A stretch of DNA of 64,000 nt from an uncultured Actinomycetota bacterium (GTDB lineage Bacteria; Actinomycetota; Actinomycetes; Actinomycetales; Dermatophilaceae), in assembly GCA_963695205.1 (NCBI GenBank), contig CAVOGI010000002.1:236670-300669 (forward strand), given 5' to 3'. Each line of letters starts with the position of its first letter. Within the stretch, counting starts at the first letter, position 1. Shown piece by piece: positions 1 through 11,960 of the stretch. Position numbers and translations under genes: made by a program. The notes under the pieces were generated by a model, which worked only from the letters and a program-made list of their open reading frames with translations, was not told the DNA's origin and made no database searches.

Positions 1-865
1 TTCCAGACCTACGCGCTCTTCCCGCACCTGAACGTCCTCGAGAACGTCGCGTTCGGGCTAAGCGCCGGGGCGACAAGGACAGCCACGCACAAGGCGCAGC
101 GAGGCGCTCGAGCTGGTCCAGCTCGGCGCAGGTCGCCACGCAAGAAGCCGGCGCAGCTCTCCGGCGGCATGCAGCAGCGGGTCGCGCTGGCCCGAGCCAT
201 CGTCAACCGCCCCGACGTGCTGCTGCTCGACGAGCCGCTCGGCGCGCTCGACCTCAAGCTGCGCCGCCAGATGCAGATCGAGCTCAAGCGCATCCAGACC
301 GAGGTCGGCCTGACCTTCGTCCACGTCACCCACGACCAGGAGGAGGCCATGACCATGGCCGACACCATCGCGGTCATGAACGCCGGCCGCATCGAGCAGC
401 TGGGTGACCCGGCCACGCTCTACGAGCACCCGCGAGCGACCTTCGTGGCCAACTTCCTCGGCCAGTCCAACCTCCTGCGGGCCGCCATCGAGCGGCCCGG
501 GCTCCGACGGCACGGTGTCCGTCACGTCCCACGGCGCAGCGGCTCGAGGCGCCGATGCCTCGCACGTCGCGCGCCGGGCGCATCGTGGAGCGTCTGGCTC
601 GGGGTGCGGCCCGAGAAGCTCCGCCTCGGCGAGGACGGCGGTCCCGAACCGGCTGCGCGGCGTGGTCACCGACGCCTCGTTCACCGGGGTCGCGACGCAG
701 TACCTCGTGCGGCTGCCGTGGGACCAGGAGCTCACCGTGGTCCAGCAGAACGACGGCTCGGCCGCGCGCGGCGTGGGCGAGAACGTCACGGTCTCGTGGG
801 CGAGCCGGCACGGGTTCGTCCTCGACGCCGCCGCAGTCCGCCGACGCGGGACTGGGGCACGATGA
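1..865 (+). CDS. Polyamine (PotA-like) ABC transporter ATP-binding subunit, 5'-truncated, frameshifted
   Basis: [47 protein letters not shown] motifs; TOBE-like C-terminus in a shifted frame. Confidence 0.9.
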
Positions 866-1805
866 TGCGCTCGAGATCGCCGCGGCCGTGCCGGGCACGG
901 GCCGAGTCCCGCTTCCAGCCACCCGCACGCCGCCGGGACGCCGCAACTGGGTTCCCTACGCCCTGCTGCTGCCGGGGCTGCTGTGGCTGTTCGTCTTCTT
1001 CGTCGTGCCGATGGTCACCCTGGCCTCGCAGTCGCTGCAGGACGGCGACGTCGACAACGGCTACGCGTTCACCGGCAACGTCGCCGTCTACGGCCGACGC
1101 GCTCGACGCACTACTGGCCGCAGCTCGTGCGCTCGTTCGGGTACGCCGGTACCGCCACCGTGCTGGCGCTGCTCCTCGGCTACCCGCTCGCCTACTCCAT
1201 CGCGGGCCGCCAGGGCCGCTGGAAGTACGTCCTGCTGGTGCTGGTGATCGCGCCGTTCTTCACGAGCTTCCTGATCCGCACGCTGGCCTGGCAGACGCAT
1301 CCTCGCCGACAAGTACCCCGTCGCGAGGTTCGCCCGCTGGACCCACTTCACCGACTTCCTGCAGCTCGCTGGGCCTGACCAACAACGACTCGCTGCTGTC
1401 GAGCAAGTTCGCGGTGATCTGCGGCCTGACCTACAACTTCCTGCCGTTCATGGTCCTGCCGCTCTACTCCTCCCTGGACCGGGTCGACGGCACGGCTCCT
1501 CGAGGCCGCCCGCGACCTCTACGCCACGCCCGTCGATGACCTTCCGCAGGATCACCTGGCCGCTGTCGCTGCCCGGGTGTGGTGCGGGCACGCTGCTCAC
1601 CTTCATCCCGGCGGCGGGTGACTACATCAACTCCCGGCTGCTCGGGAACACCCAGACCGTGATGATCGGCCAGGTCATCGACGCCCAGTTCCTGCGGGTC
1701 CTCGACTACCCGCTGGCCGCCGCGCTGTCCTTCGTCCTGCTGGTCATCATCCTCGCGCTCGTCACGGTCTACGTCCGCCGGGCCGGCACCGAGGAGCTGG
1801 TCTGA
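865..1805 (+). CDS. Polyamine ABC transporter permease (PotB-like), frameshifted
   Basis: Hydrophobic segments across ORFs 555/983/169/1536: [50 protein letters not shown]. Confidence 0.85.
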
Positions 1806-2610
1806 TGGCGGTCATGAGCTGGGTCCGCAGAGCACCTGCTGCGCCTTCGTCGGCGATGGCGGTCCTCGCCATCCTCCTGCTGCCCAACGTCGTGGTCATC
1901 CTGTTCTCGTTCAACAAGCCCAACGGCCGCTACAACTACGAGTGGATCCGGCTTCTCGCCCGACGCGTGGCTGAACCCGTGCGGGACCCCCGGGATCTGC
2001 GACTCCCTGGGGCTGAGCCTGCGGATCGGCATCACCGCCTCGGTGGTCGCGACCGTGCTCGGCACGATGGTCGCGTTCGCGCTGGGCCGGCACCGCTTCC
2101 GGGGCCGGGCCGACGACGAACCTGCTGATCTTCATGCCGATGGCGACCCCGAGGTCGTCATGGGCTCGAGCCTGCTGACCCTGTTCGTCGCCATCGGTCT
2201 GCCGTCCGGCGCGGTCGACGATCCTCATCGCCCACATCATGTTCTGCCTGTCGTTCGTCGTGGTCGCGGTGAAGGCCAGGGTCGGCGTCGCTGGACCCGC
2301 GGCTCGAGGAGGCGGCAGCCGACCTCGGCGCGCGGGCCGGTGCCGACGTTCATGCGGGTGACGCTGCCGCTGGTCGCGCCGGGCATCGCGGCCGGCGCCC
2401 TGCTGGCGTTCTCGCTCTGTCGTTCGACGACTACATCATCACCAACTTCAACGCGAGCCCCAGCTCGGTGACCTTCCCGATGTACGTCTGGGGTGCGCCC
2501 AGCGCGGGACGCCGGTGCAGATCAACGTCATCGGGACGATCATGTTCGTGCTGTCGGTGCGCATCGTGCTGGGCGCCCAGGCCGTCTCAGCACGTCGCGC
2601 GAAGCGCGTG
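1805..2610 (+). CDS. Polyamine ABC transporter permease (PotC-like), frameshifted; end approximate
   Basis: VILFSFN, PEVVMGSSLL, AHIMF, EEAAADLGA, SFDDYIIT-like segments; TGATG coupling at 1803-1807. Confidence 0.8.
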
Positions 2611-2635
2611 GCCAGCACCAGAAGGAAGAAACCCC

Positions 2636-3944
2636 ATGCGCATCCTCATGATCGGCGCCGGTGGCGTCGGTGACGCCGCCGCCCGGATCGCCGTCGAGCG
2701 CGACTTCTTCGAGCTGCTCGGTCGTCGCCGACTACGACCTCGGCGGGCCGAGGCGACGGTCGCCGCGCGCGACGGCCCGGCGGGCGGGGGAGGACCGCCT
2801 CGTCGCCGCCCGGGTCGACGCCTCCGACGAGGCGGCCGTGGCCGCCCTCGCCGTGAGCACGCGGTCGACCCACGTGTTCAACGCCGTCGACCCGCGGTTC
2901 GTCATGCCGATCTTCCGCGGTGCCCTGGCGGCCGGGGCGGGCTACCTCGACATGGCGATGAGCCTGTCGCAGCGCCACCCCGAGCGAGCCGTACGCCCAG
3001 GCGCACGTCAAGCTCGGCGACGAGCAGCTGGCGATGGCAGCGGAGTGGGAGGCGGCCGGCCAGCTGGCCTTGCTGGGCATGGGGGTCGAGCCCGGGCTGT
3101 CCGACGTGTTCGCCCGGTATGCCGCCGACCACCTGTTCTCGCACATCGACGAGCTCGGCACCCGCGACGGTGCCAACCTCGCGGTCCGCGACGCGGACGG
3201 CAACGAGACCTTCGCCCCCGGGTTCTCGATGTGGACGATCATCGAGGAGTGCCTCAACCCGCCGGTGGTGTGGGAGCGGGCGCGGGCCGACGCGGCCGGT
3301 GGTGACGTCGAAGCGGGCTTCTTCACGCTGCCAGCCGTTCAGCGAGCCGGAGGTGTTCGACTTCCCCGAGGGCATCGGCCCGGTCGAGTGCGTCCACGTC
3401 GAGCACGAGGAGGTGCTCCTCATGCCGCGCTGGGTCGACGCCGACCGGGTCACCTTCAAGTACGGCCTCGGCGAGGAGCTCATCACCATCCTGCGGACCC
3501 TGCGGCACGCTCGGGCTGGACCGCACCGACCCGGTGACCGTCAAGGGAGTGGAGGTGTCGCCGCGCGACGTCGTGGCCGCGGTGCTGCCCGGACCCGGCG
3601 ACGATCGGGCCCGCTGATGACGGGCAAGACCTGCGCGGGGCTGCTGGGTCACCGGCACGGGCAAGGACGGTCAGCCGCGGCGCATCTACCTCTACCACGT
3701 GTCCGACAACGAGGACACGATGCGCGAGTACGGCGCCCAGTGCGTCGTCTGGCAGACGGCGGTGAACCCGTGGTCGCGCTCGAGCTCCTCGCCACCGGCG
3801 TGTGGAGCGGCGGCGGCGTGCTCGGGCCCGAGGCCTTCGACGCCGTGCCGTTCCTCGATCTGCTCGCGGCACCGCAGCCGGCCGGCTACGGCTCGCCGTG
3901 GGGGATGGAGGACCGCAGGCCGGCTGGCTCCCGCCGCGGTCTAG
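2636..3944 (+). CDS. Saccharopine dehydrogenase-family NAD(P)-dependent oxidoreductase, frameshifted; end approximate
   Basis: N-terminal Rossmann MRILMIGAGGVG, YLDMA, GVEPGLS, VEHEEV, GVLGPEAFD; SD gaagga upstream. Confidence 0.8.
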
Positions 3945-3953
3945 GATCGGCGC

Positions 3954-5078
3954 ATGACGCGCTACGGGCAGCCAGTACGGTCCGGACTTCACCTTCCTCG
4001 GCGTGGACCGCTGCGACCTCGACGACCAGAGCACGTACGCCGACGCCGACGTCGTGATCCTCGGCGCGCCGTTCGACGGCGGCACCTCGCACCGCCCCGG
4101 CACGCGGTTCGGCCCGCAGGCGATCCGGATGACCGACTACCTGCCGCACGACGGCTCGCGGCCGTCCCTGGCGCTGCGCACCGACGGCCTCGCCGACCTG
4201 CGGGTCGTCGACGCCGGTGACGTCGAGATGTACTCCGGTGACATCGAGGTGGCGCTGCCCGCGCTCGAGGCCGCCGTGGAGAAGGTCGCCCGCGCCGGCG
4301 CCATCCCCGTCGTCCTCGGCGGCGACCACTCGATCGCCTTCCCCGACGCCAAGGGTGTGGCCAACGTGCTCGGCCACGGCCGGGTCTCGATGATCCACTT
4401 CGACGCGCACGCCGACACCGGCGACATCGAGTTCGGCTCGCTGTGGGGTCACGGGCAGCCGATGCGCCGGCTCATCGAGTCGGGCGCCCTGCGCGGCGAC
4501 CGCTTCCTCCAGGTCGGGCTGCGCGGCTACTGGCCGCCGCCGGAGACGCTCGACTGGATGGCCGAGCAGCAGATGCGGTCGTTCGAGATGACCGAGATCG
4601 TCCACCGCGGACTGGAGGAGTGCCTCACCGAGGCGTTCGCCATCGCGACCGACGAGTGCGACGGGGTCTTCCTCTCCGTCGACATCGACGTCTGCGACCC
4701 CGGCCACGCGCCCGGGCACCGGCACGCCCGAGCCCGGCGGGCTGACGGCCCGCGAGCTGCTCGACTCCGTGCGACGGATCTGCCTCGAGCTGCCGGTCGT
4801 CGGCGTCGACGTCGTCGAGGTCAGCCCGCCCTACGACCACGCCGACATCACCGCCGCCCTGGCGAACCGCGTCGTCCTCGAGGCGCTCTCGGCGATCGCC
4901 CGGCGGCGGCAGGACGCCCGTGACGGCACCCGGTGGGACCCGGCCCAGCCGCTGCTCGCGGGTCGCGCCGGCGCCATCCCGCAGGGCCACATCCCTCGCA
5001 CCACCACACGCACGAGACCCACACCCACGAGCACCCACGACCACACGAGACCCAGATCCCAGCGGAGGCAACACCTGA
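3954..5078 (+). CDS. Agmatinase/guanidinobutyrase-like ureohydrolase, frameshifted, His-rich C-terminal tail
   Basis: GTRFGPQAIR, GGDHSI, DAHAD, SVDIDVCDP, EVSPPYD metal-binding ureohydrolase motifs. Confidence 0.88.
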
Positions 5079-6545
5079 TGGCCAGCACCCAGAAGTCCCT
5101 CGTCGAGTCCGTGCCCAAGGGCCTGCTCATCGGCGGCACGTGGCGTGACGGCAGTCGACGGCGCGACCCTCGCCGTCGAGGACCCGTCCAGCGGCACCAC
5201 CTTCGCGCACGTCGCCGACGCGACCGTCGCCGACGGCACGGCCGCCCTCGACGCAGCCGTCGCGGCGCAGGCCGGCTGGGCAGCGACGCCCGCCGCGCGA
5301 CCGGGGCGAGATCCTGCGCGCGGCCTTCGAGCGGATCACCGAGCGCGCCGAGGACTTCGCCACGCTGATGACGCTCGAGATGGGCAAGACCGCTCGCCGA
5401 GTCCCGCGGCGAGGTGACCTACGGCGCCGAGTTCTTCCGCTGGTTCTCCGAGGAGGCGGTGCGGATCCACGGCCGCTGGTCGACCGCGCCCAACGGCGCC
5501 ACCCGGCTGCTGACCATGAAGAAGCCGGTCGGCCCGACGCTGATGATCACGCCGTGGAACTTCCCGCTGGCGATGGGCACCCGCAAGATCGGTCCGGCGA
5601 TCGCCGCGGGCTGCACGATGGTCGTCAAGCCCGCGAGCCAGACGCCGCTGACGATGCTCGCCCTGGCCGAGCTGCTGCGCGAGTGCGGGCTGCCCGACGG
5701 TGTCCTCAACGTGGTCACCACCTCGCGGACCGGCGACGTCATGGAGCCGCTCATCCGGGACCCGCGGCTGCGCAAGCTGACCTTCACCGGCTCGACCGAC
5801 GTCGGTCGCCGCCTGGTCGAGCAGTCGGCCGAGCAGCTGCTGCGGGTCTCGATGGAGCTCGGCGGCAACGCGCCCTTCCTCGTCTTCGACGACGCCGACC
5901 TCGACCGGGCCGTCGACGGCGCCATGCTCGCCAAGATGCGCAACATCGGCGAGGCGTGCACCGCGGCCAACCGGTTCTTCGTCCACGAGAGCGTCGCCGA
6001 GGAGTTCGGCGGCGCGAGTTCGCCAAGCGGATGGCGGCGCTGACCCTCGGCAAGGGCACCAAGAAGGGCGTCGACGTCGGCCCGCTGATCGACGCGAAGG
6101 CCCGCGACGGCGTGGCCGCGCTCGTCGAGGACGCCCGCTGCCCAGGGCGGCACGGTGGTCACCGGCGGCACCGCGGCGCCCGGCCGTGGCTACTTCTTCG
6201 AGCCCACGGTGATCACCGACGTGCCCGCAGGACGCCCGGGTCATGCGCGAGGAGATCTTCGGGCCGGTGGCGCCGATCGCGACGTTCCGCACCGAGGCGG
6301 AGGCCATCGACGCGGCCAACAACACCGAGTACGGCCTGGCGTCCTACGTCTTCACGGACGACCTCGGCCGCGTGATCCGGGTCAGCGAGGCGCTGGAGTA
6401 CGGGATGATCGGGATCAACCAGGGGATCATCTCCAACCCCGCAGCGCCGTTCGGCGGCGTCAAGGCGTCGGGCTTCGGACGCGAGGGTGGTTTCGAGGGC
6501 ATCGAGGAGTACCTCGAGACGACGTATGTCGGAATCGCCCCCTGA
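5078..6545 (+). CDS. gabD: NAD(P)-dependent succinate-semialdehyde dehydrogenase, frameshifted
   Basis: [48 protein letters not shown]. Confidence 0.85.
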
Positions 6546-6561
6546 CCCGCGCCAACGCAAG

Positions 6562-6592
6562 GCCTCCGGAACTGACAGACGGTTCCGGAGGC
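6562..6592 (+). terminator. Stem-loop downstream of gabD
   Basis: gcctccggaac / gttccggaggc 11-bp inverted repeat 17 nt after the stop codon; no U-tract. Confidence 0.5.
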
Positions 6593-6695
6593 ATCAGCAG
6601 GCGACGGGAGCACCGCGACGGGTCGCCGTCCGGGTCGTGGGCGATGCTGTCCGAACCGCCCACCAACGCGGGCTGATCGCGGTTCAATCGCCGCC

Positions 6696-7765
6696 ATGAC
6701 CACGGTCGAGTCAGCATCGGCGCCGGCACCATTCGCGCAGGGAGTGCCGAGCGGCCGCAGCGCGCCGCGGTTGCGCTCCCTGACCGAGGTGCTGGTCGAG
6801 ACCGACGAGAAGTTGCGAGCGGGCACCGCGGCAGCCGCGCGGGTCTGGCCGACGGGCTTCGACAGCCTCGACGTCGCCCTGACCGGCGGTTTCCGCTCGG
6901 GTGAGCTGATCCTGCTCGGCGGGCCCCAGGGCCTGGGCAAGACGGCGATGGCGCTGCAGATGCTGCGCAACACCGTCACCGCCAACCGGACGGCCATGCT
7001 GTTCTCCTACGAGCACGACGCCCACGGCGTCCTCGAGCGGCTCGTCGCCATCGAGGCCGGCGCCATCGCCGGCACCGACGCGATCGGCCTGACCAAGATC
7101 CGGCAGGCGGTTCGAGGCCCGCCACAGCCGCGCCACCTCGATGGAGGAGCGGTTCGCCAGCGCCAGCGGTGGTCCCGAGGCGGTCGCGCGCCATCGAGGC
7201 GTACGGCGAACGCCTGCACGTGCACACGTCCAGTGGCCTGCACACCACCCTCGAGGAGATCCGCCGCACCATCGACGGAGGTCGACCGGCGAGACGGCCA
7301 GGGCCCGCTGGTCCTCGTCGACTACCTCCAGAAGGTGCCCGTCCGGCGACGTCTCCGGCGGCGAGGAGGAGCGCGTGCCGCGGTCGTCGAACGCCTCAAG
7401 GACATGGCTCTCGAGTTCCAGGTGCCGGTGCTGGCCATCGCGGCGGCGGACAAGGACAGTCTCGCGGCGGGCAAACGGATGCGGGTCAGCGACCTGCGGG
7501 GCTCGTCGGCCCTCGCCTACGAGGCCGACGTGATGCTCATCCTCAACGACAAGTACGACATCGTGGCCAAGCACCACCTCGTCTACCACCTCGAGCAACG
7601 CCGAGCGGTTCCGCCAGTGGGTCGTCATGTCGATCGAGAAGAACCGCAACGGTGTCGACCACGTCTCGCTCGAGTTCCAGGAAGCGGTTCGAGCAGGGAC
7701 GGTTCGAGCCGGAGGGGCGGGTCGTCGAGGAGCAGCTGGTCGAGGACCGCGTCTTCCGCGACTGA
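6696..7765 (+). CDS. DnaB-like helicase C-terminal-domain-only protein (RecA/SF4 ATPase), frameshifted
   Basis: PTGFDSLD..LTGG, Walker A GPQGLGKT, FSYE, VDYLQ, SDLRGSS...EADV, IEKNRNG. Confidence 0.8.
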
Positions 7766-7807
7766 CGGGCTCGCCAGCCGCACACGCGGGGCTGCGACAA
7801 TGCAGGA

Positions 7808-9058
7808 GTGACCTCACCGCGCACCGTCGCCATCCTCGGCTCCACCGGGTCCATCGGCACCCAGGCGCTCGACGTCGTCGCCCGCAACCCCGACCGCTTC
7901 CGCGTCACCGGCCCTGTCCGCGGGGTCCAACCTCGACCTCGTCGCGGAGCAGGCCGTCGCCTTCGAGGTGGACCTCGTCGCGGTCGCCACCGGGACCTCC
8001 GAGCGGGTCGCCGAGGCGATCGGTGCGTATGCCGCCCGCGCCGGCCGCGCGGCATACCGGCCCCAGATCGTGGTCGGGGACGACGCGGCGGTGACCGCCG
8101 CTGGGTCCGGCGCGGACGTCGTGCTCAACGGCATCACCGGTTCGATCGGTCTCCGGCCCACTCTGGCGGCGCTGGCCGAGGGCTCGGTGCTGGCACTGGC
8201 CAACAAGGAGTCGCTCATCGTCGGCGGACCCCTGGTGAAGGCCGCTGCGCGACCCGGCCAGATCGTCCCGGTGGACTCCGAGCACTCCGCCATCGCGCAG
8301 AGCCTGCGCGGAGGACGCGCCGAGGAGGTCCGCCGACTCGTCGTCACCGCCAGCGGAGGACCGTTCCGGGGCCGGTCCAGGGAATCCCTGCGCGACGTCA
8401 CCCCCGATCAGGCGCTCGCCCACCCGAACTTCTCGATGGGCAGGGTCATCACGACCAACTCGGCGACCCTGGTCAACAAGGGGCTGGAGGTGATCGAGGC
8501 GCACCTGCTCTTCGACATCCCCTTCGACCGGATCGACGTCGTCGTCCACCCGCAGCAGATGATCCACTCGATGGTGGAGTTCGTCGACGGCTCGACGATC
8601 GCGCAGGCGGGTCCGCCGCGGATGCTCGTGCCGATCGCTCTCGGGCTGTCGTGGCCGGAGCGCCTCGCCGACGTCGACGTGCCGGTGCGACTGGACCCGC
8701 GCACAGTCGTGGGAGTTCGAGCCGCTGGACGACGAGGCGTTCCCCGCCGTGCGGCTGGCCCGGCAGGTGGGGGAGGCGTCCGGCACCTACCCCGCGGTCT
8801 ACAACGCAGCCAACGAGGTGGCGGTCGACGCGTTCCACGACGGTCGGATCGGGTTCCTCGACATCGTCGACACGATCGACAGGGTGGTCGCACGACCACG
8901 CGACCACCGGTGGCGAGGGGATCGAATCAGCGACACTGTCCGTTGAGGACGTGTTGCGTGCCGACTCGTGGGCACGCGACCGGGCCCGCACCGTGCTGGG
9001 GCTGGCCGATGGACGACCGACCGAACGACTTTCCGACGCCGAGGGGGCGCTCCGCTGA
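7808..9058 (+). CDS. dxr: 1-deoxy-D-xylulose 5-phosphate reductoisomerase, frameshifted
   Basis: [50 protein letters not shown]. Confidence 0.95.
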   Translation: MTSPRTVAILGSTGSIGTQALDVVARNPDRFRVTGPVRGVQPRPRRGAGRRLRGGPRRGRHRDLRAGRRGDRCVCRPRRPRGIPAPDRGRGRRGGDRRWVRRGRRAQRHHRFDRSPAHSGGAGRGLGAGTGQQGVAHRRRTPGEGRCATRPDRPGGLRALRHRAEPARRTRRGGPPTRRHRQRRTVPGPVQGIPARRHPRSGARPPELLDGQGHHDQLGDPGQQGAGGDRGAPALRHPLRPDRRRRPPAADDPLDGGVRRRLDDRAGGSAADARADRSRAVVAGAPRRRRRAGATGPAHSRGSSSRWTTRRSPPCGWPGRWGRRPAPTPRSTTQPTRWRSTRSTTVGSGSSTSSTRSTGWSHDHATTGGEGIESATLSVEDVLRADSWARDRARTVLGLADGRPTERLSDAEGALR

Positions 9059-10425
9059 TGACCGTGCTGTTGTTCGTGCTCGGGGTGCTCTTCGTGGTGC
9101 TCGGGGTCGGTCTGTCCATCGGGTTGCACGAGATCGGCCACCTCGTCCCCGCCAAGAAGTTCGGGGTCAAGGTGACCCAGTACATGGTGGGTTTCGGACC
9201 GACCCTGTGGTCGCGCAAGCGCGGCGAGACCGAGTACGGCATGAAGGCGATCCCGCTCGGTGGCTACATCCGGATGATCGGCATGTTCCCGCCGCGGCCC
9301 GGTGACAAGCCGGGGACCCTGCGGGTGTCGAGCACGGGACGGTTCTCCCAGCTGGCCGACGAGGCCCGCCAGCTCAGCCTCGAAGAGGTCAAGCCCGGCG
9401 ACGAGGACCGCGTGTTCTACAAGCTCCCCGTGCACCAGAAGGTCGTCGTCATGCTGGGCGGCCCGATGATGAACTTCGTCATCGCCGTGGTGCTGCTCAC
9501 CGGGGTGCTCACGACGTATGGCGTCGCGACGCTCCAGGACGGCGCGCGCGTGGCGAGCGTGTCCGAGTGCGTCGTGCCCGCCAAGGACGCGGCGACCAAG
9601 ACCACCTGCGCCGCCGCCGACCCGAAGACCCCGGCCTACACCGCCGGGATCCGCCCGGGCGACGAGATCGTGTCCGTCGCCGGCCAGCCGATCAAGACCA
9701 CTGCCGACGTCGGCAAGCTCATCCGCCCCCGCGTCGGTCAGCAGGTGCCGATCGTCGTCAAGCGCGGGGGAGTCGAGCAGACCCTCACCGCCACACCGAT
9801 CCGCAACTCCGTGCAGCAGGTCGGCCCCGACGGCACCCCGCTCGTCGACGCCGACGGAAAGCCGATCGTCCAGGAGACCGGCTTCCTCGGAGTCTCCTCC
9901 GGCGCGATCATCGGCTACGAACGGCAGCCGGTCACGGCCGTCCCCGGCGTCGTGGGGGAGCAGCTGCTCGCCACGGCCGGGGTGGTCCTGAAGATCCCGC
10001 AGAAGATGGTCGGCGTGGTGCAGGCCGCCTTCGGCTCCGGCGCACGCGACCCCAACGGCCCGGTCTCCGTCGTCGGTGTCGGCCGGATGGCCGGCGAGGC
10101 GACGTCGGGCAAGATCCCGTGGATCGGGGGCCAGAACGGGATGAACCCGTTCGTCTTCCTCCTCATGCTCATGGCGTCGCTCAACCTCGCCCTCTTCGTC
10201 TTCAACCTCATCCCGCTGCTGCCCCTCGACGGCGGTCACGTCGCCGGCGCGCTCTGGGAGGGCACCAAGCGCGGCATCGCCAAGGCCCGCAACCGCCCCG
10301 ACCCCGGTCACGTCGACGTCGCCAAGGCGCTGCCCGTGGCCTACGCCGTGTCCTCGGTGCTCATCGTCATGTCGGTCCTGCTCATCTACGCCGACGTCGT
10401 GAAGCCGATCAGCCTCGGCGGCTGA
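9058..10425 (+). CDS. RIP/site-2 zinc metalloprotease with PDZ domain (Rip1/RseP family)
   Basis: [33 protein letters not shown]; canonical dxr-rip-ispG context. Confidence 0.93.
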   Translation: MTVLLFVLGVLFVVLGVGLSIGLHEIGHLVPAKKFGVKVTQYMVGFGPTLWSRKRGETEYGMKAIPLGGYIRMIGMFPPRPGDKPGTLRVSSTGRFSQLADEARQLSLEEVKPGDEDRVFYKLPVHQKVVVMLGGPMMNFVIAVVLLTGVLTTYGVATLQDGARVASVSECVVPAKDAATKTTCAAADPKTPAYTAGIRPGDEIVSVAGQPIKTTADVGKLIRPRVGQQVPIVVKRGGVEQTLTATPIRNSVQQVGPDGTPLVDADGKPIVQETGFLGVSSGAIIGYERQPVTAVPGVVGEQLLATAGVVLKIPQKMVGVVQAAFGSGARDPNGPVSVVGVGRMAGEATSGKIPWIGGQNGMNPFVFLLMLMASLNLALFVFNLIPLLPLDGGHVAGALWEGTKRGIAKARNRPDPGHVDVAKALPVAYAVSSVLIVMSVLLIYADVVKPISLGG

Positions 10426-10511
10426 GCCTGCCCGTCGCCGCCGGTCGCCGTCTCCCGCCAGCGGGGCAGCCCGGGGACGCCCTCCAAACCCCTCTGGGAG
10501 ATACTTCAGCC

Positions 10512-11672
10512 ATGACTGTTGGACTCGGTATGCCGGCCCTGCCCCCGCCCGTCCTCGCGCCCCGGCGCAAGACGCGCAAGATCAAGGTCGGCAAGGTCGA
10601 GGTCGGCGGCGACGCCCCCATCTCCGTGCAGTCGATGTGCACGACGCCGACGACGGACATCAACGCGACGCTGCAGCAGATCGCCGAGCTCACCGCCTCC
10701 GGCTGCGACATCGTGCGGGTGGCCTGCCCGAGCCAGGACGACGCCGACGCGCTCCCGGCGATCGCCCGGAAGTCGCAGATCCCCGTGATCGCCGACATCC
10801 ACTTCCAGCCCAAGTACGTCTTCGCGGCCATCGATGCCGGCTGTGCGGCAGTGCGCGTCAACCCGGGCAACATCCGCAAGTTCGACGACCAGGTCAAGCA
10901 GATCGCGGCCGCGGCCAAGGACGCCGGCGTCTCGATCCGCATCGGCGTCAACGCCGGCTCGCTCGACCCGCGCCTGCTCGAGAAGTACGGCAAGGCCACC
11001 GCCGAGGCGCTCGTGGAGTCGGCCGTCTGGGAGGCGTCCCTGTTCGAGGAGCACGACTTCCACGACTTCAAGATCTCGGTGAAGCACAACGACCCGGTGG
11101 TCATGGTCAAGGCCTACGAGATGCTGTCCGAGCGGGGCGACTGGCCGCTGCACCTCGGCGTCACCGAGGCAGGCCCGGCGTTCCAGGGCACGATCAAGTC
11201 CGCGACCGCGTTCGGCGCGCTGCTGTCCAAGGGCATCGGCGACACGATCCGCGTCTCCCTGTCGGCGCCTCCGGTCGAGGAGGTCAAGGTCGGCAACCAG
11301 ATCCTGCAGTCGCTCAACCTCAAGCCCCGCAAGCTCGAGATCGTGTCGTGCCCCTCGTGCGGTCGCGCCCAGGTCGACGTCTACAAGCTCGCCGACGAGG
11401 TCACCGCCGGGCTCGAGGGCATGACCGTGCCGCTGCGCGTCGCCGTCATGGGGTGCGTCGTCAACGGTCCCGGCGAGGCTCGCGAGGCGGACCTCGGTGT
11501 GGCGTCCGGCAACGGCAAGGGGCAGATCTTCGTCAAGGGCGAGGTCGTCAAGACGGTGCCCGAGAGCCAGATCGTCGAGACCCTCATCGAAGAGGCCATG
11601 CGCATCGCCGAGGAGATGGGCGAGCCCATCGACGAGGCGAGCGCGGGCGCGCCGTCCGTCACCGTCGGCTGA
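10512..11672 (+). CDS. ispG: (E)-4-hydroxy-3-methylbut-2-enyl-diphosphate synthase
   Basis: [43 protein letters not shown]. Confidence 0.97.
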   Translation: MTVGLGMPALPPPVLAPRRKTRKIKVGKVEVGGDAPISVQSMCTTPTTDINATLQQIAELTASGCDIVRVACPSQDDADALPAIARKSQIPVIADIHFQPKYVFAAIDAGCAAVRVNPGNIRKFDDQVKQIAAAAKDAGVSIRIGVNAGSLDPRLLEKYGKATAEALVESAVWEASLFEEHDFHDFKISVKHNDPVVMVKAYEMLSERGDWPLHLGVTEAGPAFQGTIKSATAFGALLSKGIGDTIRVSLSAPPVEEVKVGNQILQSLNLKPRKLEIVSCPSCGRAQVDVYKLADEVTAGLEGMTVPLRVAVMGCVVNGPGEAREADLGVASGNGKGQIFVKGEVVKTVPESQIVETLIEEAMRIAEEMGEPIDEASAGAPSVTVG

Positions 11673-11777
11673 GGCGTCACCTCCCCGGTCGCCGCTGCTG
11701 TCCAGAGGGCGTCCACATGGTGGGCGAAGCGCGACCCCGGTTATCACCCCTAGTTATGGGTGGGATAACTTTCTGAT

Positions 11778-11843
11778 GTGTTCATGACGAGCGGCCACGA
11801 GGCCGCCGCACCGGCCCCGGCCGTTCGACGGGTCTGTCCCTAG
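11778..11843 (+). CDS. Putative leaderless leader peptide (MF)MTSGHEAAAPAPAVRRVCP
   Basis: -10-like TAACTT 11766-11771, 6 nt spacer, GTG 11778 in frame with ATG 11784, TAG 11841-11843, immediately followed by a 10-bp perfect stem. Confidence 0.45.
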   Translation: MFMTSGHEAAAPAPAVRRVCP

Positions 11844-11960
11844 CCGCACGCGTATGGCGCCCTCGGGCAGCCCGCGTGCGGCACGCCGTACCCGTCCGAT
11901 CTGACACGCACCATCCCGCCGGGCTCCTGCCTGCCCGCCGCCGGGGTCGCCGTCGACCCC
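11843..11960 (+). promoter_or_regulatory. Structured leader / possible attenuator of amino-acid ABC operon
   Basis: gccgcacgcg (11843-52) / cgcgtgcggc (11873-82); gacgggt (11827-33) / acccgtc (11890-96); ggggtcg / cgacccc (11943-60). Confidence 0.45.

Noticed and set aside
6696-7765. DnaB-like gene as a prophage or ICE remnant
   Set aside because: No integrase, att repeats, phage genes or compositional shift in the flanks.
1-8900. Many frameshifts here and at about 37990-48500 and 59780-64000 (one more near 25990), suggesting pseudogenes or programmed frameshifting
   Set aside because: They hit essential genes (dxr, nusA, infB, ribF, obgE), are single-base indels without premature-stop decay or slippery motifs, and come in blocks. 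This pattern fits low-coverage long-read consensus errors.
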